64,000 nucleotides of DNA, taken from positions 352,001 to 416,000 of the forward strand of contig CAVPSB010000012.1 in NCBI GenBank assembly GCA_963708025.1. The letters run 5' to 3'. Shown here one piece after another: positions 58,430 through 64,000 of this stretch. Source of the DNA: an uncultured Candidatus Rokubacteria bacterium. GTDB lineage: Bacteria > Methylomirabilota > Methylomirabilia > Rokubacteriales > DASRDR01. The stretch's first letter is position 1. Each line of letters opens with the position of its first letter. Made by a program: the position numbers and the translations under genes. The notes beneath the pieces were generated by a model. The model made no database searches, had not been told where the DNA came from, and saw only the letters and a list, made by a program, of their open reading frames with translations.

Positions 58430-59440
58430 TCACTGCTGGTAGGCCATCGCTTCCAGCCGCGCGATTCGCTCCTCGATCGGCGGATGCGTGCCGAGGAGGT
58501 CGGCCACGGCCCCCTCGCGCTCGTTCACCGCGCGCTCCAGCGGATCGGCGATGCAGAGGTGGGCGGTGCCGCGGGCGACCCGCCGGGTCGGCTCGGTGGC
58601 CGCCTGGAGTTTGCGGAGGGCGTTGGCCAGCCCGATGGGGTTGCGGGTCAGCTCGGCCCCCGAGGCGTCGGCCAGATACTCCCGCCGCCGGGACACCGCG
58701 GTGGCGAGGAGCTGACCGACGATCGGGGCCAGGACGATGGCGAGGAGCCAGATCACGAAGACCAGGAGGCCGAGCAGCCCGGAGCCCGCGCCACCACCGC
58801 TGTCGTCGTCGCGGCTCTCCCGGCGACCGAGCCGCACCCGCATCGCCCAGTCGCTCAGGAGGAGCACCGCGCCCAGGAGGGCGGCGACCACCGTCATGGT
58901 CCGGATGTCGTAGTTCCGGACGTGCGACATCTCGTGGGCGATGACGCCCTGCAGCTCGTCGCGGTTCATCGCCATCAGGAGCCCGCTCGTCACGGCGATA
59001 GAAGCGTGGTCGGGGTCGCGACCGGTCGCGAAGGCGTTGGGGTCGGGGTCGTCGACCACGTAGACCTTCGGCATGGGCAGGCCGGAGGCGATCGACATCT
59101 CGGTCACGACGTTCATCAGCACGCGGGAGTTCGGGTCATCCGTTTGCACGGGCCGCGCCCCGCTACCGGCCAGGACCGCCCGGTCCCCGAACCGGTACCC
59201 GAACCACGACGAAACGCCGCCGAAGACCGCGGCCAGCGTGGCCGCGATGGGAATCGGCAGGCCACCCCGCCGGGCTGTCCGGGACGCGTCGTAGCCCAAG
59301 ACGAACAGGTCGAAGCCGAAGCCGAGGAAGGCCAGGAGCAGGACGAAGACACCGATCAGGAACCAGGTCATCCGCTTGTTCGCCGCCTGCTCGGCGAAGA
59401 GGTTCCGCGGCGTCGCCGGCCGCGGCGGCCCTTCGGCCAT
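58430..59440 (-). CDS. htpX: HtpX-family M48 membrane zinc protease
   Basis: PNAFATG, ELQGVIAHEMSH, SRRREYLAD, THPP..ERI. Confidence 0.92.
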   Translation of the reverse strand: MAEGPPRPATPRNLFAEQAANKRMTWFLIGVFVLLLAFLGFGFDLFVLGYDASRTARRGGLPIPIAATLAAVFGGVSSWFGYRFGDRAVLAGSGARPVQTDDPNSRVLMNVVTEMSIASGLPMPKVYVVDDPDPNAFATGRDPDHASIAVTSGLLMAMNRDELQGVIAHEMSHVRNYDIRTMTVVAALLGAVLLLSDWAMRVRLGRRESRDDDSGGGAGSGLLGLLVFVIWLLAIVLAPIVGQLLATAVSRRREYLADASGAELTRNPIGLANALRKLQAATEPTRRVARGTAHLCIADPLERAVNEREGAVADLLGTHPPIEERIARLEAMAYQQ

Positions 59441-59449
59441 GTCTCAGCC

Positions 59450-59608
59450 TTGCCGGGGGGGAGCTGCGCGCTCCATCCGAATCGCCGCGGCGCCCACCCG
59501 CAACCGGGTACGGGCCTGCGGCCCTCGGGACGCCGCGTCCCTCCGGTGGCCCGGGTCCCCCCTCCGGGCGTCCCGTCGCTCGCGCATCCGCGGTGATGGC
59601 TGCACGGG
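59450..59608. repeat. Multi-hairpin intercistronic element between lemA and htpX
   Basis: Adjacent palindromes ACCCG..CGGGT, GGGCCTGCGGCCC and GGGACGCCGCGTCCC. Confidence 0.5.
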
Positions 59609-59611
59609 GGC

Positions 59612-60163
59612 TCAGCGCCCGCCCAGATCCACGCGGGGGACCGCGCGCTCGGCCGCCTCCATCTCGAAGAACTCGGCGGGGCGGAAGCCGAGGGCGCTGG
59701 CCACCAGGTTCAGGGGGAAGACCTGTTGGCGGGTGTTGAAGCGGGCCGCCATGTCGTTGTAGAGCTGGCGGGCGAAGCCGATCCGGTTCTCGGTGCTGAC
59801 CAGCTCTTCCTGGAGCGCCAGGACGTTCTGGTTGGCCTTGAGGTCGGGATAGCGCTCCATCACGGCGATCAGGCGTCCCACCGCCTGGCTGAGCTGGCCC
59901 TCGGCCTGGCCGACCTGGGCGGCACCGGCCGCGTTCATGGCCCGCGCCCGCGCCTCGCTCACCCGTTCGAAGATCTCGCGCTCGTGCTGCATGTAACCCT
60001 TGACGGCGGCGACCAGGTTCGGGACCAGGTCGTGGCGGCGCTTGAGCTGTACGTCGATCTGGGCCCAGGCGTTCTTGACCTGGTTCCGCAGCCCGACCAG
60101 GCTGTTGTAGAGCCAGATCGCGATCGCGGCGAGGGCGATCACCACCACCAGCCCCAGGGTCAT
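59612..60163 (-). CDS. lemA: LemA family protein
   Basis: YNSLV..RN.V.NAW.QIDVQLKRR.DL, E.YPDLKA, TENRI..ARQ.YN. Confidence 0.93.
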   Translation of the reverse strand: MTLGLVVVIALAAIAIWLYNSLVGLRNQVKNAWAQIDVQLKRRHDLVPNLVAAVKGYMQHEREIFERVSEARARAMNAAGAAQVGQAEGQLSQAVGRLIAVMERYPDLKANQNVLALQEELVSTENRIGFARQLYNDMAARFNTRQQVFPLNLVASALGFRPAEFFEMEAAERAVPRVDLGGR

Positions 60164-60251
60164 CGGCCTACCCTCCGGTCAGACAGGGCGCACCACACCC
60201 GCCATCGGCGAGGCGCCATCGGCGAGGCGATTGTAGCGGACTCGGCGCCGG

Positions 60252-61334
60252 TCAGTCGACCCAATCGGCGACGAACACGTTGAACTCGCGCGGCGCGGCG
60301 GCGCCGCGGCTCGAGCAGAAGACGAGCCGGGACCCGTCGCGGGAGAACATCGGGAAGGCGGCGAACGACTCCGCGTAGGTGAGGCGCTCGAGGCCACCGC
60401 CGTCGCGGCGCACCAGGTAGAGGGCGAAGTCGAAGCGCCCCGGGTCGTGCAGGTTGGAGGCGAAGACGATCCGCTCGCCGTCGGGGTGGAGGAAGGGCGC
60501 CCAGTTGGCGGCGCCGTTGGCGGTGACCTGCCGGGTCCCGGTGCCGTCGGCGTCCATGACGAACAGCTCGGCGCGGTGCGGCCGCACGAGGCCCTGGGCC
60601 AGGAGGGCCCGGTACTCGGCCAGCCCCGCCGCGTCGGGCGGGTGCCAGGCGCGCCAGACGATCTGCCGGCCGTCCCACGAGAAGAAGGGTCCGCCGTCGT
60701 AACCGGGCCGGTCGGTCAGGCGTCGGATCCCGCCCCCGTCGGCATCCCAGAGGTAGAGGTCGAGGTCCCCGTCGCGAAGCGAGGTGAACAGGACCCGCCG
60801 CCCGTCGGCAGCGACCGAGCCCTCCGCGTCGTAGCCGGGGTGGGCCACGAGCCGCGTGGTGCCGCTCCCGTCGGAGGCGCAGGTGTAGAGGTCGTAGTCG
60901 TAGAGCGGCCAGACGTAGCCGCGCGAGCGATCGGGCGCGGGCGGGCAGTCCGGGCCCGCGTGGTGGGTGGAGGCGTACAGGAGCCGGCTCCCGTCGGGAA
61001 AGAACCAGGCGCAGGTGGTGCGGCCCCGACCGGTCGAGACCAGGCGCACCTGACTGCCGTCGGCGTCCATCGTGAAGATCTGGTCGCAGCCGAACGGCGG
61101 ACGCGTGGACTGGAAGACCAGGCGCCGGCCCGTCCCGTCGAAGTAGGCCTCGGCGTTCTGGCCGCCGAAGGTGAGCTGGCGGAGGCTGCCCAGGTGCCGC
61201 TCCCGCGGGTCCCGCGGCGGCGCCGGGCCGGCGGCCCGCGCCCGCCGGGCGCCCAGGTGCTCGCGGAGCGCGGCGGCCGCTCCGGCGAGGCCGAGCCGCA
61301 ACAGCGCGCGCCGATCGAGCGCCCGGTCCAGCAC
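60252..61334 (-). CDS. TolB-like PD40-repeat beta-propeller protein, Tat signal
   Basis: DRRALLR, QLTFGGQNAEAYF, GRTTC, GYDAE, YDGGPFFS, NWAPF, FPMFS. Confidence 0.88.
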   Translation of the reverse strand: MLDRALDRRALLRLGLAGAAAALREHLGARRARAAGPAPPRDPRERHLGSLRQLTFGGQNAEAYFDGTGRRLVFQSTRPPFGCDQIFTMDADGSQVRLVSTGRGRTTCAWFFPDGSRLLYASTHHAGPDCPPAPDRSRGYVWPLYDYDLYTCASDGSGTTRLVAHPGYDAEGSVAADGRRVLFTSLRDGDLDLYLWDADGGGIRRLTDRPGYDGGPFFSWDGRQIVWRAWHPPDAAGLAEYRALLAQGLVRPHRAELFVMDADGTGTRQVTANGAANWAPFLHPDGERIVFASNLHDPGRFDFALYLVRRDGGGLERLTYAESFAAFPMFSRDGSRLVFCSSRGAAAPREFNVFVADWVD

Positions 61335-61392
61335 TACGAGCCCGTAGGAGTCTGGCGTGTTACAGGCCTTGCGACATGAGCCATGAAGAGCC

Positions 61393-61462
61393 TCCGAGCG
61401 GCGGCTTTGCCGCCGCCACGACAGGGGGGCATCGGGGGGGTCTTCCGAGACCCCCCCGAAGG
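61393..61462 (-). repeat. Twin-hairpin REP-like element (family C) right after the DinB stop
   Basis: 12-bp stem 61432-61459 and GCGGCGGC-TTT-GCCGCCGC 61398-61416. Confidence 0.7.
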
Positions 61463-61465
61463 ATA

Positions 61466-61975
61466 CTATCGGGCGTCGGGCAGTCCGACCGCCTTCCGGA
61501 TCTTGGCGAGCTGACCGGCGTGGTTGTTCCAGTGGAAGTCGAACATCCCGCCGACGAACATGGCCAGGGAGATCTCGTCAGTCCCCATGAACTGCTTGAA
61601 CAGCGGGATCCGGAGCTTCCGGCGCGCGAGGTCCTCCTCCGGCAAGCTGTCGAGGTACTGGTAAACGCCACGACGCTGGGCGTCCAGGGAATCAGAGTAC
61701 TGCTTCAGCGTCATCGCGCGTCGCTCCGGCGTCATGTGGACCTCGCCGGGCTTGAACTCCACGACCGCGTAGTCGCGCTCCGAGAACGTCTTGAGGAGAT
61801 CGACCGGGTTCGAGCCCGGCTGGAAGAGCAGGTGCGACAGCACCTCCCGGGCGGTCCATTCGCCGGGGGCATCGGACCTCTCCAGGTGCGGCTCCATGCC
61901 CTGGAGCTGTCGCGTGAGGTTCCCCCAGGCGGCGTCCGTCTTGCCTCGCAGCTCGTTGACGGTCTTGTTCGGCAT
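61466..61975 (-). CDS. DinB-family protein
   Basis: GEWTAREVLSHL and H..NH..Q metal-site motifs; GGAGGT RBS. Confidence 0.82.
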   Translation of the reverse strand: MPNKTVNELRGKTDAAWGNLTRQLQGMEPHLERSDAPGEWTAREVLSHLLFQPGSNPVDLLKTFSERDYAVVEFKPGEVHMTPERRAMTLKQYSDSLDAQRRGVYQYLDSLPEEDLARRKLRIPLFKQFMGTDEISLAMFVGGMFDFHWNNHAGQLAKIRKAVGLPDAR

Positions 61976-61978
61976 CGG

Positions 61979-63829
61979 TCACCTCCGTTGCTCCAGGGTT
62001 GCTTGCATGGTCCGCTCGACGCCGCCGCGGACGACCGTCACCTCGACGATGTCGCCGGCGCGGCGGGTCCTCAGCACAAACGTGAAATCGTCCAGGGTGC
62101 GGATGCTCACGCCGGCGAAGCGGACGATGACGTCGCCCGCCTGGAGCCCGGCGCGCTCGGCGGGGCTACCCGGCCGCACCCCGCTCACCCGGACGCCGGG
62201 CGTCGGGCTCTCGCCGAAGTCCGGGACCGACCCGAAGTAGGGGCCGTACCCGCCGGCGCCGCGCCCGGAGGGTGGCGCCGCCGGCGCCACCCGGACGAAG
62301 GTCACGCGGTCGGGGCGGTCGGCCAGCGCCTGCACCGCGCGGTAGGCGACCGCGACAACCTTCCGCATGCCCTCGGCGTTGATCTTGTCGGCGGTGTCGC
62401 TCGGCCGGTGGTAGTCCCCGTGGGTCCCGGTGAAGAAGAACGCGACCGGCCGATCCCGGTTCACGAACGCCGTATGATCCGACGGCCCGACGCCGTCGCC
62501 GCGCAACACGAGCTTCACGGAGAGCCCCGCCGCCGCCTGCTCGACCAGCGCCCGGAGCCCTTGCCCGGTGTCCACCCCCATCACGTAGAGCTGGTCGTCG
62601 CGCATCCGTCCCACCATGTCGAAGTTGACCATCGCCACCGTCCGCTCGATCGGCACCGGCGGCTGGCGGACGTAGTGGGTCGAGCCGAGCAGGCCCAGCT
62701 CTTCGCCGGAGAAGGCGGCGAAGACCAGGCTCCGTCGGGCGCCGCCGGCCCTGGTGAACGCCTCCGCCAGCCCGAGGACGGCGGCCGTCCCCGACGCGTT
62801 GTCGTCGGCGCCCGGGTGGACATCATCGGTCTCGGCGGCGGCGAGCGAGAAGGGACTGCCGCGGCCGAGGTGGTCGTAGTGGGCGCCGACCACGACGACC
62901 TCGTCGCGCAGCCCGGGGTCGGTGCCCGGCAGCAGGCCGACGACGTTCGCCGTCCGTCCGTGCTCGCGGACGAGCGCGATCCGCAGGTGGGCCGTGACCC
63001 CGGGAAGCGGTCGCGACTGCGGTGCCAGGCGGCGGTCGATCTCGGCCCGGAGGGCCGGGAGGCCGAGACCGGCCGGGGCGAGGAGCGCGTCCGCCACGGC
63101 GCGGGTGGCGCTCACCGCGAAGATGCCCCAGGCCGGCGTGGTGCCCCGGATGGGGCGCGGCGCGTCCTGGGCGCGAGCGGGGGTCTCGACGACGACGATG
63201 GCGGCCGCCCCGTGCTCGCGGGCGTTCAGGATCTTGTGCCGAAGCTCGGTGTAGTGGAAGTGCTCGGGCGGCCGGAAGGGCCCCTGCGGGTTCTGCTCCT
63301 GCGGCTCGCCGGTCATGACCAGGACGACCTTGCCCCGGGCGTCGAGCCCCGCGTAGTCGTCGTAGCCGAGCGGGGGCGCCGTGATGCCGTAGCCGGCGAA
63401 GACCACCTCGCCCGACGCCTCCCCGTCGTCCGAGAAGGTGAACGGAAGGAAGTCCGCGCCGGCGTTGAACGGCCGCCCGGCCGCCCCGGCGGCCGAGACC
63501 TCCAGGCGGTTGTCGGCGCCGAGGCGCACGCGGGTCAGGACGGTGAAGGGCTGGAGGTACGTCCCCCCACCCTCGCCCAGCGGACGGAGCCCGATCCGGC
63601 GAAAGTGATCCGCGAGGTACTGGGCCGTCCGATCCGCGCCCGGTGTCCCGGTGGCACGGCCGTCCATGGCGGGCGCCGCCAGATCGCGCACCCAGCCCAG
63701 GAGGCGCGTGGCGTCCGGTAGGGGATCGCCGGCTCCGAGGGCGGCACCGGCGAGGATCAGGAGGCCGGCGACCGTCAGGAGCCGGAGTCGGGTTGCGGTT
63801 ATTCGGGACCTCCCGCCCGCCCGATCCAT
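61979..63829 (-). CDS. M28 aminopeptidase with PA and PDZ domains (start uncertain: 63829 ATG or 63802 ATA)
   Basis: VFAGYGI..DDY (PA), GAHYDHLG, GADDNASG, FSGEELGLLGS, SDH, YHRPSD, GSPAERAGL.AGD (PDZ). Confidence 0.92.
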   Translation of the reverse strand: MDRAGGRSRITATRLRLLTVAGLLILAGAALGAGDPLPDATRLLGWVRDLAAPAMDGRATGTPGADRTAQYLADHFRRIGLRPLGEGGGTYLQPFTVLTRVRLGADNRLEVSAAGAAGRPFNAGADFLPFTFSDDGEASGEVVFAGYGITAPPLGYDDYAGLDARGKVVLVMTGEPQEQNPQGPFRPPEHFHYTELRHKILNAREHGAAAIVVVETPARAQDAPRPIRGTTPAWGIFAVSATRAVADALLAPAGLGLPALRAEIDRRLAPQSRPLPGVTAHLRIALVREHGRTANVVGLLPGTDPGLRDEVVVVGAHYDHLGRGSPFSLAAAETDDVHPGADDNASGTAAVLGLAEAFTRAGGARRSLVFAAFSGEELGLLGSTHYVRQPPVPIERTVAMVNFDMVGRMRDDQLYVMGVDTGQGLRALVEQAAAGLSVKLVLRGDGVGPSDHTAFVNRDRPVAFFFTGTHGDYHRPSDTADKINAEGMRKVVAVAYRAVQALADRPDRVTFVRVAPAAPPSGRGAGGYGPYFGSVPDFGESPTPGVRVSGVRPGSPAERAGLQAGDVIVRFAGVSIRTLDDFTFVLRTRRAGDIVEVTVVRGGVERTMQATLEQRR

Positions 63830-63896
63830 CGACGGCCTTCGGCCTTTGGCCGGGGGGAGGGGGGAGCGGGAGGACGGCATCGTGTCACACGCTCTC
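63803..63896 (-). repeat. Repeat family A copy at the 5' end of the M28 gene
   Basis: Minus strand: GAGAGCGTGTGAC...CCCCCTCCCCCCGGCCAAAGGCCGAAGGCCGTC...GGGCGGGAGGTCCCGA. Confidence 0.85.
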
Positions 63897-64000
63897 GACT
63901 TCCTCATGGGGCTCCGCTAGTGCCGTTCCAACTTGTTCCAGCTAGTGCTTTTCGGGGAATGCGCCAAGTCCGTGCTTCGAGGATTGCTTGCCCATTTTGG

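Noticed and set aside
33117-63896. Family A repeats as a CRISPR array or integron attC sites
   Set aside because: They are dispersed, variable in length, lack regular spacers and GTTRRRY cores, and there is no cas or intI gene

Overview
Very GC-rich (roughly 70% by eye) bacterial chromosomal window from a diderm organism. It encodes an OM beta-barrel, AsmA, MlaC, an HlyD-type adaptor and Tat substrates. Gene content and style (six-GAF kinase, many ABC binding proteins, palindromic intergenic repeats) suggest Candidatus Rokubacteria/Methylomirabilota, but this is inference only. About 55 CDS are supported. From left to right: a UbiD-family operon; a peptide-type ABC importer with catabolic enzymes; a six-GAF histidine kinase plus receiver; a lower-GC accessory block (about 21.6-28.1 kb) inside an 11 kb segment bracketed by two copies of a DUF3830-like gene; an M16 peptidase pair split by an HlyD/ABC exporter; corA, Tim44, AsmA, a sigma54 two-component pair, citrate synthase, dapF, sthA, a MoaD/beta-propeller pair, ggt, an IlvD/Edd dehydratase, mlaC, an LLM oxidoreductase, lemA-htpX, a TolB-like protein and an M28 peptidase. 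I found no rRNA, tRNA, CRISPR array, integrase or transposase. About 15 frameshifts occur, all in the first 37 kb, and look like long-read indel errors. Most notable observations: (1) a dispersed intercistronic repeat (about 10 copies), always co-oriented with transcription, that often starts on the upstream stop codon, carries a C-tract/G-tract hairpin able to compete with a G-quadruplex, and in several copies ends in a GGAGGT Shine-Dalgarno spaced to serve the next gene; (2) a second repeat family with compensatory base changes; (3) a DapF with both catalytic Cys replaced by Ser; (4) a citrate synthase with its catalytic Asp read as Asn; (5) recurrent leaderless-type promoters; (6) several orphan gene fragments, one with an in-frame palindromic insertion.
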